Origin: Steroidobacteraceae bacterium
Lineage (GTDB): Bacteria; Pseudomonadota; Gammaproteobacteria; Steroidobacterales; Steroidobacteraceae
DNA length: 64,000 bases
Reading direction: 5' to 3'
NCBI GenBank assembly: GCA_035491795.1
Contig: DATJKD010000073.1
Span: forward strand, 22,416-86,415
Made by a program: the position numbers and the translations under genes. Shown here one piece after another: positions 30,106 to 40,707 of the stretch. Position 1 is the first letter of the stretch. Each line of letters begins with the position of its first letter. The notes beneath the pieces were generated by a model. The model searched no databases, was not told the origin of the DNA, and saw nothing but the letters and a program-made list of their open reading frames with translations.

Positions 30106-31014
30106 ATGCCTGCTTCAAGCCCGCCCTCGCCCCCGATGCACGAGTCGCAGGTCGCCGGGCTTGCCCGGCTGCACCAGGGCAAGGTGCGCGACATCTACGC
30201 CATCGACGAGCAGCACATGCTGATCGTGACGACCGACCGGCTGAGCGCCTTCGACGTCGTGCTGCCGGATCCGATCCCGGGCAAGGGACGCGTCCTGACA
30301 CAGATCTCGAACCACTGGTTTGGACGGACGGCTCACATCGTCCCAAATCACCTGTCGGACTTCCCGCTTTCGCGCGCCGTGCCCGACCCGGCCGCACGCG
30401 CATTGCTTGCCGATCGGAGCATGATCGTCCGGCGGCTCAACGCGCTGCCGGTCGAAGCGGTCGTGCGCGGCTATCTGATCGGCAGCGGCTGGAAGGACTA
30501 CCAGCGCACCGGCGAGGTATGCGGCATTGCGCTTCCCTCGGGGCTCAGGCTGGCAGACCGGCTGCCCGAGCCGATCTTCACGCCGTCGACCAAGGCCGGG
30601 CGCGGTCAGCACGACGAGAACGTGGGCTTTGCGCACGTCGAGGCGCTGATCGGCGTCGAGCTCGCCGCTCAGGTGCGCGACACCGCCATCGCGCTGTACC
30701 GGTTCGCCGCCGGGCACGCCCTGGCGCGCGGCATCATCATCGCGGATACGAAGTTCGAATTCGGCACCGACGGGACGGGAGCGCTGACCCTGATCGACGA
30801 GGCGCTGACACCGGATTCATCGCGGTTCTGGCCGGTCGATACCTATCGTCCAGGGATGAGCCCGCCATCCTTCGACAAGCAATTCGTTCGCGACTATCTC
30901 GAAACGCTCGACTGGGACAAGCGTCCGCCCGCGCCTCGTCTGCCGGTCGATGTGATCCAGCGCACCGCCGCGAAGTACCAGGAGGCGCTGCGCCGACTGA
31001 CCGGGGAAGGGTAA
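30106..31014 (+). CDS. purC: Phosphoribosylaminoimidazole-succinocarboxamide synthase
   Basis: Contains [44 protein letters not shown] and [14 protein letters not shown]. Start is ATG 30106, with ATG 30136 as an alternative. Confidence 0.92.
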   Translation: MPASSPPSPPMHESQVAGLARLHQGKVRDIYAIDEQHMLIVTTDRLSAFDVVLPDPIPGKGRVLTQISNHWFGRTAHIVPNHLSDFPLSRAVPDPAARALLADRSMIVRRLNALPVEAVVRGYLIGSGWKDYQRTGEVCGIALPSGLRLADRLPEPIFTPSTKAGRGQHDENVGFAHVEALIGVELAAQVRDTAIALYRFAAGHALARGIIIADTKFEFGTDGTGALTLIDEALTPDSSRFWPVDTYRPGMSPPSFDKQFVRDYLETLDWDKRPPAPRLPVDVIQRTAAKYQEALRRLTGEG

Positions 31015-31017
31015 TGC

Positions 31018-31830
31018 TCAAGCCTGCGCCGCCCCCCATGCGGCAATGATTCGATGCAGCTCGCGCACACCATCGGTGAGGGCCGCTGGCCCGGGCTGCA
31101 GAATGATCGATGACTTGACCTCGTGCAGCTCGCCGTCGCGCACCGCGGGCACCTCGGCCCACCCGGCTCGCGCAGCCACCGAGCGCGGGTTGAACTTCTT
31201 GCCGCACCAGGAGCCGAAGATCAGATCGGGCGCGCGCCGCGGGATCTCGAGCGGATCGGCGATGATGCGATCGCGCCCGAGCCCCTGCTGAGCGAGCTCC
31301 GGGCATACATCGTCGCCACCCGCGATGCCGATCAGCTCCGAGACCCAGCGTATGCAGGAGATCTGCGGCTCGTCCCATTCCTCGAAGTAGACGCGCGGCC
31401 GGCGCGACAGCCGCGCGGCAGACCCGCGGATCGACTCGAGCCCCGCCTCGAGCTCCACGGCGAGCGCCGCCGCCTTCGCCTGACAGCCGATCATGCCGCC
31501 TAGAGTGCGGATGACGCGCAGGATGTCGGCCAGGCTCCGCTGATTGAAGACGTGGACCTCGACGCCGTTGCGAACGAGCTCCGCGGCAATGTCCGCCTGC
31601 AGATCGGAGAAGCCGAGCACCAGGTCGGGTGAGAGCGCGAGGATGCGGTCGATTTTCGCGCTGGTAAACGCGGACACTCGCGGTTTCTCCTTGCGCGCCC
31701 GCGGCGGACGGACCGTGAAGCCCGAGATGCCGACGATGCGCCAGTCCTCGCCCAGCAGATACAGCGTCTCGGTCGTCTCCTCAGTCAGGCAGACGATACG
31801 GCTCGGGTACGGCGCGGCAGAGGCACGCAT
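31018..31830 (-). CDS. Periplasmic-binding-protein-fold (BtuF/cobalamin- or siderophore-binding-like) protein without signal peptide
   Basis: Contains RIVCLTEETTETLYLLG, LSPDLVLGF and PGPAALTDG, the typical PF01497-type layout. The N-terminus MRASAAPYPSRIV has no hydrophobic leader. No ABC permease or ATPase gene is nearby. Confidence 0.65.
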   Translation of the reverse strand: MRASAAPYPSRIVCLTEETTETLYLLGEDWRIVGISGFTVRPPRARKEKPRVSAFTSAKIDRILALSPDLVLGFSDLQADIAAELVRNGVEVHVFNQRSLADILRVIRTLGGMIGCQAKAAALAVELEAGLESIRGSAARLSRRPRVYFEEWDEPQISCIRWVSELIGIAGGDDVCPELAQQGLGRDRIIADPLEIPRRAPDLIFGSWCGKKFNPRSVAARAGWAEVPAVRDGELHEVKSSIILQPGPAALTDGVRELHRIIAAWGAAQA

Positions 31831-31928
31831 GCGGCTAATCTAGCAAAGGCACCGTACCGGTGCGCCGGAGGCTTGCCCGGCACGCAGTCTGCGTGCAAGG
31901 CTTGTGTCGGCGGCAACGCACGCACTCC

Positions 31929-33272
31929 ATGTTCCCAAGCCTGCAGCGCAAGTTCGAGCACTGGGTCTTCGACCTGCCTGAGGCGCTGGGCGGACGCCCG
32001 CTGGGCTGGCTTGCCGCCCCGCTGCGCTACGTCTACGCGCTGCTGCGCGACTTGGCCCAGGGCGGCCTCGGTCTGCGCGCGATGAGTCTCGTCTATTTGA
32101 CTCTGTTTGCACTGGTGCCGATCGTGGCCGTGGCGTTCGCGATGCTCAAGGCATTCGGTTTCGACCGCGAGCTCGAGCCCGTTCTGTTCGAGTTCCTGAG
32201 GCCGCTTGGCGACCAGGCGTATGTGATCACCGAGCGGATCATGGGTTTCGTCGAGAATGTGCAGGGCACTCTGCTTGGCACGCTCGGCATCATATTCCTG
32301 GTCTACACCGTCATTTCGATGATCCAGAAGGTCGAGGAGGCGCTCAACTTCGCGTGGCACGTCGATCGGCCGAGGAGCCTTGGTCGTCGCATTACCGAGT
32401 ACCTGGTCGTAATGCTGATCGGGCCGCTGATCGCAGTGCTGGCGATGGTGATGCTCGCCTCCTTTGAGGCGAGCGAAGCCGTCGCGAGAATCGAGGGCCT
32501 CGCAGCCGGCGAGTCCGGGAAAATCCGTTTTGCTCCCTACGTGCTCACGATAGGTCTGTTTCTGTTCGTGTACGTCTACATGCCGAACACGCGTGTACGG
32601 TTCGTCCCGGCGCTGATCGGCGCAGTGACGGCTGGGGCGCTTTGGGCGATGGTCGGCGCGATGTTTACCCGCATCGTGGTTTACTCCACGCAAACAATGG
32701 CGATCTATGCCGGCTTCGCGGTCGTGCTGCTGTTCCTGCTGTGGCTGTATCTGAGCTGGCTGATCCTGCTGCTGGGCGCGCAGCTGTCCTTCTACCTGCA
32801 GCACCCCGAGCACCTGCGCGCGGGCCACGACGACATCGACGTGACCGGCGCGCTTCGGGAGCGGATCGCGATGTCGATCATGTGCCTGCTGGGCGAGCGC
32901 TTCCTCGAGGGCGGTCCGCGCTGGACGGTGAATGCGCTGGCCGAGCGGCTGATGGTGCCGGCAAAAGTGTTGAACGAGGTCGTGTCGATTCTCGAGGCGC
33001 AGGGCCTCGTGCTCACTGCCGAGGACGACACCGTCGCCCCGGGGCGCGACCTCTCGGCGATCCGCTTGACCGCAATCCTCGATGCGGTGCGGCACGAGAT
33101 CCCCAACCCGCGCTGCCCGCAGCCGCGGTCGGTGGCGGCGGCCGATGCGGCGTCGCAAGCCATCGAACAGGCGATGCGGGATGCGCTTGGGGAGCGCACG
33201 CTCCGGGACTTGCTCCCGACGGAATCGTCCGGGGAGGTCGCAAGATGGCCCGAGCCCGAGGTGTTGCAATGA
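31929..33272 (+). CDS. yihY: YihY/BrkB-family inner membrane protein with C-terminal cytoplasmic domain
   Basis: Reads MFPSLQRKFEHWVFDL...AMSLVYLTLFALVPIVAV...MIQKVEEALNFAWHV...LLFLLWLYLSWLILLLGAQLSFY. Start re-picked at ATG 31929. Confidence 0.82.
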   Translation: MFPSLQRKFEHWVFDLPEALGGRPLGWLAAPLRYVYALLRDLAQGGLGLRAMSLVYLTLFALVPIVAVAFAMLKAFGFDRELEPVLFEFLRPLGDQAYVITERIMGFVENVQGTLLGTLGIIFLVYTVISMIQKVEEALNFAWHVDRPRSLGRRITEYLVVMLIGPLIAVLAMVMLASFEASEAVARIEGLAAGESGKIRFAPYVLTIGLFLFVYVYMPNTRVRFVPALIGAVTAGALWAMVGAMFTRIVVYSTQTMAIYAGFAVVLLFLLWLYLSWLILLLGAQLSFYLQHPEHLRAGHDDIDVTGALRERIAMSIMCLLGERFLEGGPRWTVNALAERLMVPAKVLNEVVSILEAQGLVLTAEDDTVAPGRDLSAIRLTAILDAVRHEIPNPRCPQPRSVAAADAASQAIEQAMRDALGERTLRDLLPTESSGEVARWPEPEVLQ

Positions 33273-33322
33273 CGCATGCACACCGCCACCTTTAGTCAAC
33301 ATCGGAAGCGCACGGAGGCACC

Positions 33323-33703
33323 ATGCACAAGAGCAGGTTCGCTGGATTCATCATCGATTGCCGGACGGACGATCTGGAGGCGGCGGCTGCGTTCTGGGGC
33401 GGCGCGCTCGGCATGAAGATCCGGGCTCTTCCCGGCGAGGAGGGCAAGTACATCGAGCTGGTGGATCCCGACGAGCGGCTGCATATCGAGGTGCAGTCGG
33501 TATCGCACCCCAGTCGTGTTCACCTCGATATCGAATCGGACGACGTCGACGCCGAGGTACGGCGGCTCGAGGCTCTCGGCGCCAAGCGCGTGGAGAAGAT
33601 CAACACCTGGTGGGTGCTCGAGGCCCCGACGGGGCAGCGATTCTGCGTCGTACGCGCGAAAGCGCCGGCATTTGGCGAGCACGCAAAGGAATGGGGAGCT
33701 TGA
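33323..33703 (+). CDS. VOC (glyoxalase/bleomycin-resistance/dioxygenase) family protein
   Basis: 126 aa with GGAGG SD. It reads FAGFIIDCRTDDLEAAAAFWGGALGM...HLDIESDDVDAEVRRLEALGA. Confidence 0.7.
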   Translation: MHKSRFAGFIIDCRTDDLEAAAAFWGGALGMKIRALPGEEGKYIELVDPDERLHIEVQSVSHPSRVHLDIESDDVDAEVRRLEALGAKRVEKINTWWVLEAPTGQRFCVVRAKAPAFGEHAKEWGA

Positions 33704-33705
33704 GC

Positions 33706-34380
33706 ATGACCGGAGCCTCGCGACCCATGAGGTTCTACGGCCATCCGTTTTCGTCGTACTGCCAGAAGGCGCTGATCGCGCTCTACGAGAAAGACATCCC
33801 TTTCGAGCTCCGCATGCTGACGCCCGAGGACGAGGAAACCGCTGCGGAACATGCTCGATTGTGGCCGCTCAGGCGCATGCCGGTACTCGTCGACGGAGAC
33901 CGTACGATCGCCGAGGCCAGCATCATCGTCGAATATCTCGACCAGCGGCACCGCGCGGGCACTCGCCTGCTTCCGGTCGATCCCGACTTGGCGCTCGACG
34001 TCCGGATGCTCGACCGGTTCTTCGACAACTACGTCATGACGCCGATGCAGAGGATCGTATTCAACGCCATCCGCGCGCCAGAGCATCGCGATCCATATGG
34101 CGTCGACGAGGCGCGCAGGCTGCTCGACGTCGCGTATGGCTGGCTCGATGAGACGCTGAGCAACCGGACGTGGGCTTCAGGCGGGGAGTTCAGTCTGGCG
34201 GATTGCGCCGCGGCGCCGGCTCTGTTCTATGCCGACTGGGTGCATCCGATGGGCAGTGGGCACGCAAACGTCCAGGCCTATCGGCGCCGGTTGCTGTCGC
34301 GACCTTCGTTCGCGCGCGCGGTGGACGAGGCTCGACCCTACCGTGCGTTCTTCCCGCTCGGCGCGCCGGATCGTGACTGA
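33706..34380 (+). CDS. Glutathione S-transferase family protein
   Basis: Reads MRFYGHPFSSYCQKALIALYEKDIPFE...VLVDGDRTIAEASIIVEYL...FSLADCAAAPALFY. ATG 33706 lies 2 nt after the VOC stop. The listed 33082 start is an over-extension. Confidence 0.85.
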   Translation: MTGASRPMRFYGHPFSSYCQKALIALYEKDIPFELRMLTPEDEETAAEHARLWPLRRMPVLVDGDRTIAEASIIVEYLDQRHRAGTRLLPVDPDLALDVRMLDRFFDNYVMTPMQRIVFNAIRAPEHRDPYGVDEARRLLDVAYGWLDETLSNRTWASGGEFSLADCAAAPALFYADWVHPMGSGHANVQAYRRRLLSRPSFARAVDEARPYRAFFPLGAPDRD

Positions 34381-34470
34381 TACCGCGCCTCGAGACTGTC
34401 TTCCGGCCGACCCGGGCCACTGCAGCGCAGACGTGAACGAGGTCGAACGACTGAGCGGGCGGAGGGCGCG

Positions 34471-37400
34471 TCAGACCGGTCGTGCCGGTACCTGCCATGG
34501 AACCAGGCGCTTGCGCAGCAGAGCCTGCCGCGCTTCCCATTCCGAGGCGGGTTCCATCGCCACCAGGAAATCGGACTGACCGCCGGCATGGATCGCGACC
34601 GGAACGCCGTCCCGGAACAGCACGCGGTTGCCGGCAAGAGCAGGGACGCGTGGTCCGGGTGTCACGATGCCTGTCAGGTTGAGCGGATCGGCGGCGGAGA
34701 GGCCGATGAGGTCGCCGGTCTGCTCGCGCCGGCGCACGGCACGCAGTGCCGTGACCGCCTCGGGTAACGCGTACTGCTCGCCACTCATGCCCGCCACGAA
34801 GCGCCCGCCGCGGATCGTTCCCTGGGCTTCGAGCCGGCGATATACGCGCAGCAGCGCATGCCAGGGCGGCAGCCATTGCGCCTCGCGCTCCAGGACACGG
34901 CGGAACACGACGCCGTAGCGGCGCAGCAGAATCGTCGCGACCTGCTCGACCGACTCCATGGCCGCGGGCGGCACTCCGCGGCGCATGAGGCTCCAGCGGC
35001 CAGCGTCCTCCAGCCCGAAAAGTGCGATGCGCCGCCGTCTTGCAGCCAGGCGCCGCCTGCGCTCGGACGGAATCAGGAGCGCTCGCAACCCGCTGTAGCT
35101 GTCGGCATTGACGAGTCCCGCCGCGACAACTTCGGCGAGCGCCGCCTCGGCCTGCGCACGCAGCAGGCCCGTGCCGCTCACGATGTCGTCGAAGAAAGAG
35201 GCGCCGTGACCGCGCAGATGCGTAACGAGCGCCTGCGCGGGATGCGAGAGCTGCATGTCGTCGTGCGGCTGCTCGGTGAGCGATTGCCAGAGAATCCAGT
35301 TCCTGCGTGTGAGGAGCGTGATCGGCGTCGAACGCACAGGGGCCGCCGTCATCCCCCTGGCCGGCGTGAGCCGCGCCCAGAGCGCGCGGCCCGACTGGCA
35401 CAGAGTGTCCAGCCAGTTTGGGTCGTACTCGTGGATGCGTGCGGGCAGTACGTCGGATTCCCACGCCGAAGCCGGTATCTCGTACCCCTCGAGCTGCGTG
35501 ATGAGCGCAGCCAGCGATTCGATTCCTTCCGGACGCGGGTCGCGAGTCACGCCCTGCCAGTCGAGCAGGAAGCGCATGAAGTCTGCGGACGACACGGGCT
35601 CGATCTCGGCACGCAACGTGCGAATGGTGTAGCGGTGGATACGCGCAAGGAGGCGCCGCTCGCACCATTCCTGCCGACCGTCTCCCGGAACCCCCATCCG
35701 ATCGGCGTCTGGCGGCGTGAACTGCCCGCGCAGCACGAACCCTTCGCTCTCGAGCGCCGCGAGTGCCATCTCGACCTCGCCGGAAGCGAGGCCGAGCGAG
35801 GCACCCACCGGCCCGACCGTCACCGGCCCCAGGCCCTGCAGGCGCAGGCGCATCAACTCAACGACAGCCTCTTCACGTGTCCAGGCGCGGGCCGCGTGCT
35901 CGCGCGGCGCGTCGATCGCCGGATCGAGCCGGCCGTCGCCATGGATAGCAGTCAGCATCGGGAGCGTCTCGGCGGCGACCCAGAACTCTCGCCCCGCCGC
36001 GTACAGCCGCGTAGCGCGACGCTCTGCGACCAGCGCTCCGAGCAGCGTCGACCAGCCCGACCTGGCGCCCTCCTCGCCTGTTACGACACCCAGCGACATC
36101 AGCGCATCGTGCAGCTCATCCACACTGCCGGCCTCCGGCCAGGCCTCCTCGCGCACGGCCGCGATCGCCGCGGGGTCGAGCCGGCCCATCTCGGCCGCGG
36201 ACGTCGGATCGAGCCAGCGTCGCGACGCGACGGCCTGAGTACGTCGCTCCTCGAGCGGTGCATCGTCGAGATACGCATATGGCCGGGCCGTGAGGATCTC
36301 CGCGGCGAGCGGTGATGGGGCGGGCAGGTCCCGAGCGATGACGCGCGTCTCACCTCGCTCGATACTGCGCAACAGCGCCACGAGTCCCTCGACGTCCATG
36401 GCCTCGTGCAGGCAGTCGGCCAGCGTCTGCTTGACGAGCGGATGATCCGGGATCTCGCGCTCGCCGGTCAGGTTCTCGGCGCAGGCGAGCTGCTGCGGAA
36501 ACACCACCGCGATCAGGTCGTCGGCCGCCATGCGCTGCAGCGGCGCCGGCGTGCGCTTGCCGCCCTGGTTGCGGCGGATCGCGAGGGAGATGCTTGCGTT
36601 CCAGCGCCAGCGGGTCGTGAAGATCGGCGCGTCGAGCACGGCCTGCACGAGCACGTCCGCGACCGATGCACTGTTGAGAAAGCGCGCGACGCTGTCGAGC
36701 TCGAAACTGTGCGTCTCACCCAGCGACAGTACGATCGCGTCCTCCGTGGCGGCCGCCTGCAGCTCGAAGTTGAACGCGCGGCAGAAGCGCTTGCGCAGGG
36801 CGAGCCCGAAGGCGCGGTTGATCCGTGCGCCGAGCGGCGCGTGGATGACGAGCTGCATTCCGCCGGATTCGTCGAAGAAGCGCTCGAACACCAGCGTAGC
36901 GATCGTCGGAAGACGGCCCAGCACGGCCTTGGCGGATGCAAGATATTCGACGAGCTGCTGCGCCGCCACACGGTCGATGCGGAAACGCTGCATGGTGTCA
37001 TCGACGGCTCGAGCGACAGTCTCGCCGGTCACCTCGGGCAGCAGCGCCTCGACGGATTCCCGCAGCCGCGACACTGCCGCGGAGAGCTCGCGCGTGCGGG
37101 CCGGCGCCTCGCCGAGCCAGAACGGGATACTGGGCGGCTGACCCTTGGCGTCCTCCACCCGGACACGGCCCGTCTCGACGCGCAGGATGCGGTAAGAGGC
37201 GTTACCAAGCTGGAAGATGTCGCCCTGGAGGCTCTCGACCGCGAAATCCTCGTTGAGTGTTCCGACGAACGTCCCGGCCGGCTCGAGGATCACCTGGTAG
37301 TCCGCGTTGTCGGGGATGGCGCCACCACAGGTGATGGCGGTCAACCGGGCGCCACGCCGCGGCCGCAGCCTGTGGTTCACCGCGTCACGGTGCAGATAGG

Positions 37401-38796
37401 CGCCGCGTCGCCCGCGCCGAGTGCTGATGCCCTCGGCGAGCATCCGCACGACGTCATCGAAATCCTTGCGCGGCAGCTCCCGGTACGGCCATGCGCGGGT
37501 GACGAGGGAGAACAGCTCGTCCTCGCCATATTCGCGCGCCGCCACTTCGGCCACGATCTGCTGCGACAGCACGTCGAGCGGGTGCGCCGGGATGCTCAGC
37601 TGATCGAGCTCCTCGCGGCGCACCGCATCCAGCAGCGCGACCGATTCAATCAGCTCGTCACGGCTCGACGGGAACAACCGGCCCTTCGGCACACCGCCGA
37701 CCGAGTGATTGGCACGACCCACCCGCTGCAGGAACACCGAGATGGAGCGAGGCGACCCCAGCTGACAGACGAGCTCCACGTCGCCTATGTCGATGCCGAG
37801 CTCGAGCGAGGCGGTGGCGACCATAGCCTTGAGCCGGCCCGCCTTGAGACGCTGCTCGGCGTCGAAGCGTTGCTCCTTGGCCAGACTGCCATGGTGAGCC
37901 GCGACGTTCTCCTCGCCGATGCGCTCGGCGAGATGCCGCGTCACCCGCTCCACCATGCGTCGCGTATTCGCGAATATGAGCGTGGTGTGATGCTGCGAGA
38001 CGAGGCTGGCAAGCTGGTCATAGACGGTCGACCAGACGTCCCCCGACATCACCGCTTCGAGCGGGGCGCCCGGCATCACGACCGCAAGGTCGCGTTCGCG
38101 CACATGACCGCTGTCGACGATCTCGCAGGCGACGTCGGGCCGGGAGCCGGTCAGGAAGCGCGCGATCTCCTCGATCGGCTTCTGTGTGGCCGACAGCCCG
38201 ATGCGCTGCATGGGCTGTGCCGCCAGGGCGTCGAGCCGCTCCAGCGACAACGCGAGATGCGCGCCGCGCTTGGTGCCCGCGACCGCATGGATCTCGTCGA
38301 CGATCACCGTGCGCGCGGTCGACAGCATCCTGCGACCGGACTCGCTGGTGAGCAGCAGGTACAGCGACTCCGGTGTGGTCACGAGGATATGCGGCGCCAG
38401 CCGTCGCATCGCTGCGCGCTCCGTCTGGGAGGTGTCGCCGGTGCGAACCTGGGCGCGGATCTCGCATGCCGGCATGCCGAGCCGCGTGAGTTGCGCACCG
38501 ATCCCGGCCAGCGGCTGCTCGAGATTGCGCTGGATATCGTTCGACAGCGCCTTGAGGGGCGACACGTACACCACGCGCGTCGCATCCTCGAGCCGGCCCT
38601 CGACACCCTCGTGCACGAGCGCATCGATTGCCGACAGAAACGCCGCCAGTGTCTTGCCCGATCCCGTCGGGGCGGCGATCAGCGCATGCCGGCCGCTTGC
38701 GATCGCGGGCCAGGCGGCGGCTTGCGCCGCCGTCGCGGTTCGGAAGGTCGCGTCGAACCAGGCCTGGACGGCCGGATGGAATCGAGACGGGGACAT
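34471..38796 (-). CDS. lhr: Lhr-family ATP-dependent DExH helicase, full-length (core + C-terminal domain), 1441 aa
   Basis: Reads [18 protein letters not shown]...[15 protein letters not shown] (Walker A), [11 protein letters not shown] (DEIH box), and FANTRRMVE...[10 protein letters not shown]. The long C-terminal region is collinear with E. coli Lhr. Start re-picked at ATG 38796, because the listed 39084 start would overlap the divergent udgX gene. Confidence 0.9.
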   Translation of the reverse strand: MSPSRFHPAVQAWFDATFRTATAAQAAAWPAIASGRHALIAAPTGSGKTLAAFLSAIDALVHEGVEGRLEDATRVVYVSPLKALSNDIQRNLEQPLAGIGAQLTRLGMPACEIRAQVRTGDTSQTERAAMRRLAPHILVTTPESLYLLLTSESGRRMLSTARTVIVDEIHAVAGTKRGAHLALSLERLDALAAQPMQRIGLSATQKPIEEIARFLTGSRPDVACEIVDSGHVRERDLAVVMPGAPLEAVMSGDVWSTVYDQLASLVSQHHTTLIFANTRRMVERVTRHLAERIGEENVAAHHGSLAKEQRFDAEQRLKAGRLKAMVATASLELGIDIGDVELVCQLGSPRSISVFLQRVGRANHSVGGVPKGRLFPSSRDELIESVALLDAVRREELDQLSIPAHPLDVLSQQIVAEVAAREYGEDELFSLVTRAWPYRELPRKDFDDVVRMLAEGISTRRGRRGAYLHRDAVNHRLRPRRGARLTAITCGGAIPDNADYQVILEPAGTFVGTLNEDFAVESLQGDIFQLGNASYRILRVETGRVRVEDAKGQPPSIPFWLGEAPARTRELSAAVSRLRESVEALLPEVTGETVARAVDDTMQRFRIDRVAAQQLVEYLASAKAVLGRLPTIATLVFERFFDESGGMQLVIHAPLGARINRAFGLALRKRFCRAFNFELQAAATEDAIVLSLGETHSFELDSVARFLNSASVADVLVQAVLDAPIFTTRWRWNASISLAIRRNQGGKRTPAPLQRMAADDLIAVVFPQQLACAENLTGEREIPDHPLVKQTLADCLHEAMDVEGLVALLRSIERGETRVIARDLPAPSPLAAEILTARPYAYLDDAPLEERRTQAVASRRWLDPTSAAEMGRLDPAAIAAVREEAWPEAGSVDELHDALMSLGVVTGEEGARSGWSTLLGALVAERRATRLYAAGREFWVAAETLPMLTAIHGDGRLDPAIDAPREHAARAWTREEAVVELMRLRLQGLGPVTVGPVGASLGLASGEVEMALAALESEGFVLRGQFTPPDADRMGVPGDGRQEWCERRLLARIHRYTIRTLRAEIEPVSSADFMRFLLDWQGVTRDPRPEGIESLAALITQLEGYEIPASAWESDVLPARIHEYDPNWLDTLCQSGRALWARLTPARGMTAAPVRSTPITLLTRRNWILWQSLTEQPHDDMQLSHPAQALVTHLRGHGASFFDDIVSGTGLLRAQAEAALAEVVAAGLVNADSYSGLRALLIPSERRRRLAARRRRIALFGLEDAGRWSLMRRGVPPAAMESVEQVATILLRRYGVVFRRVLEREAQWLPPWHALLRVYRRLEAQGTIRGGRFVAGMSGEQYALPEAVTALRAVRRREQTGDLIGLSAADPLNLTGIVTPGPRVPALAGNRVLFRDGVPVAIHAGGQSDFLVAMEPASEWEARQALLRKRLVPWQVPARPV

Positions 38797-38923
38797 GGAG
38801 TCAGAGTGTATCGAAGGGCCGTGTCGGAATTCCTCCACTCGACGCGTAAGGCGGGGCAACCGCCTGAGGCGGGACGCGCCGGCGGGCGTACTGTTGTCTT
38901 TTCTAACGCGACGGAGCGTGGCC

Positions 38924-39544
38924 ATGCCCAGGAAGACGACGCGCGCAGCTGACGGCGACCCCCCAACAACCGGGGAGATCGATGCTTGCCGGAGGTGTGA
39001 GCTGTGGGAGCAGGCAACCCACGGCGTAGCCGGGGAAGGCGACAACCGCGCGCGGATAATACTGGTGGGCGAACAGCCGGGCAACGATGAAGACCTCGCG
39101 GGCCGACCCTTTGTGGGGCCGGCCGGGTTGCTGCTCCGTACGTTGCTCGAAGAAGCGGGGCTGCCGGCGGCGCAGGTCTACATCACCAATGCCGTCAAGC
39201 ACTTCTACTTCCAGTTGCGCGGTAAGCGCCGCATCCACAAGACGCCGCTGCAGCGACACGTGGCGGCCTGCCATGAGTGGCTCGAGCGTGAGCTGGCGCA
39301 GGTCAAACCGGGCGTCATCGTGACCCTCGGCACGACCGCACTGGCTGCGGTTCTCGGCCGGCGGATCGCGATTGTTGAGGCGCGCGGGCGCGCGCTGCAC
39401 CTGCCTTCGGGTACACCGATCGTGCCGACCTATCACCCGTCGGCCATCCTCCGGGCACCGGAAGAGGCATCGCGTGCGGCGCTCCGCGCGACTCTGCTGG
39501 CCGATCTGAAACGCGCCGCCCGGCTGGGCAGGAGCGACGGCTGA
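38924..39544 (+). CDS. udgX: UdgX-type family-4-like uracil-DNA glycosylase (KRRIH loop)
   Basis: Contains CRRCELW (Fe-S Cys), GEQPG motif [22 protein letters not shown] at 39224..39247, ACHEWL and TYHPSAILR motif B. ATG 38924 was chosen from within the over-extended ORF 38186..39544. Confidence 0.78.
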   Translation: MPRKTTRAADGDPPTTGEIDACRRCELWEQATHGVAGEGDNRARIILVGEQPGNDEDLAGRPFVGPAGLLLRTLLEEAGLPAAQVYITNAVKHFYFQLRGKRRIHKTPLQRHVAACHEWLERELAQVKPGVIVTLGTTALAAVLGRRIAIVEARGRALHLPSGTPIVPTYHPSAILRAPEEASRAALRATLLADLKRAARLGRSDG

Positions 39545-39618
39545 TCTCTCGTCGGCGTTGCGTTGACTTCCGGATCGTCGGCAAGCCAAATCGAGTGCTG
39601 GACACGCAGGAGACTGGA

Positions 39619-40065
39619 ATGACTACAGTCAGGCAGGCGGGGATCGGCGACCTCGACGCACTGGTACCGCTCTTCGACGCTTATCGGCAGTTCTACAAGC
39701 GCAACACCGATCCGCCCGCGGCGCGCGAGTTCCTGTTCAAGCGCTTCCAGCACCAGCAGTCGGTGATCTTCATCGCGCATGACGACGACGGAGCGGCCAT
39801 CGGCTTTACGCAGCTCTATCCCCTGTTCTCGTCGCTCACGCTGGTGCGCACCTTCATCCTGTACGACCTGTTCGTTGCTCCCTCGGCACGACGAACCGGC
39901 GCGGCGCGGCAGCTGCTCAGGGCGGCCGCGGACTACGGTCGCGCGGTCGGCGCGGGCGCACTGGAGCTGTCCACCGCCACGGACAACGTAGCCGCGCAAC
40001 GCCTCTACGAGTCCGAGGGGTGGGTGCGCGACAGCGCCTTTTACGTCTACGGGCTCGGGCTCTAG
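39619..40065 (+). CDS. GNAT-family N-acetyltransferase
   Basis: AGGAG sits 6 nt before ATG 39619. It contains IGFTQLYP, LYDLFVAPSARRTGAARQLL and AQRLYESEGW. Confidence 0.82.
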   Translation: MTTVRQAGIGDLDALVPLFDAYRQFYKRNTDPPAAREFLFKRFQHQQSVIFIAHDDDGAAIGFTQLYPLFSSLTLVRTFILYDLFVAPSARRTGAARQLLRAAADYGRAVGAGALELSTATDNVAAQRLYESEGWVRDSAFYVYGLGL

Positions 40066-40213
40066 CCAGACCAGGCTCGACTCCAACTTTGGGCTGCCTT
40101 CGGGACCCTACCGGTCGGGGTCGTGTCGATTTTGAAATTGCCCAAACGACTATGGGGCATCGACCACCGCGTCACGGCTCGCCCGTGGCCTACAGAGCAG
40201 ACAGGAGCAGCCC

Positions 40214-40705
40214 ATGAACGTCTCGCAGAGAATCAGCCCGTGCCTGTGGTTCGACGACCAGGCCGAAGCCGCGGCGAAGTTCTACACCGGTATCTTCAAG
40301 AACTCCAAGATCACGCAGATCGCGCGCTATAGCGAGGTGGGCAAGGAACACCACCACAAGCCGCCGGGCTCGGTGATGACCGTGGCGTTCGAGCTCGATG
40401 GCCTGCCCGTCACGGCCCTCAATGGCGGCCCTATCTTCAAGTTCAACGAGGCCATTTCTCTGCAGATCTACTGCGACAACCAGCAAGAAGTGGATCACTA
40501 CTGGAGCAAGCTCACCGCCGGTGGACAGGAGCAGCCTTGCGGCTGGCTCAAGGACAAGTTCGGCGTCTCCTGGCAGGTGGTGCCCAAGGAGCTGATCGAG
40601 ATGGCGACCGATCCGGATGCGGCTAGGGCGGCGCGCGCCACGCAGGCCATGTTCCAGATGAAGAAGATCGACGTCGCGACAATCCGCCGCGCTTACGCCG
40701 GCTGA
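40214..40705 (+). CDS. VOC-superfamily protein of the PhnB / 3-demethylubiquinone-9 3-methyltransferase-like domain type
   Basis: AGGAG SD precedes the start. It reads ISPCLWFDDQAEAAAKFYTGIFKNSKI...MTVAFELDGLPVTALNGGP...CGWLKDKFGVSWQVVP. Confidence 0.8.
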   Translation: MNVSQRISPCLWFDDQAEAAAKFYTGIFKNSKITQIARYSEVGKEHHHKPPGSVMTVAFELDGLPVTALNGGPIFKFNEAISLQIYCDNQQEVDHYWSKLTAGGQEQPCGWLKDKFGVSWQVVPKELIEMATDPDAARAARATQAMFQMKKIDVATIRRAYAG

Positions 40706-40707
40706 GC

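Noticed and set aside
31785-33302. 505-aa minus-strand ORF opposite yihY
   Set aside because: It is antisense to a clear multi-TM YihY/BrkB protein. Its translation is His/Arg/Asp-rich and non-membrane, with no motifs.
38889-38907. LexA/SOS box in the lhr-udgX divergent region (TACTGTtgtcttttCTAAC)
   Set aside because: It has CTGT but lacks the ACAG half-site at N8. It also does not match the Xanthomonadales-type TTAGTA...TACTAA palindrome. There is not enough evidence for SOS control.
36406-38952. 848-aa + strand ORF (and 34858..36315, 485 aa) opposite lhr
   Set aside because: They are antisense to an unambiguous Lhr helicase with Walker A/DEIH motifs. The translations are low-complexity and Arg/Leu/Gly-rich.
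38797-39084. Upstream-extended starts given by the ORF track (for example lhr from 39084, rng from 54744, pmbA from 43433, prkA from 58560, pepP from 17343, gcvPA from 6446)
   Set aside because: The extensions are Arg/Pro/Ser-rich, overlap neighbouring genes or regulatory RNAs, and are absent from family N-termini. Internal ATG/GTG codons with SD or stop-start overlap fit better.
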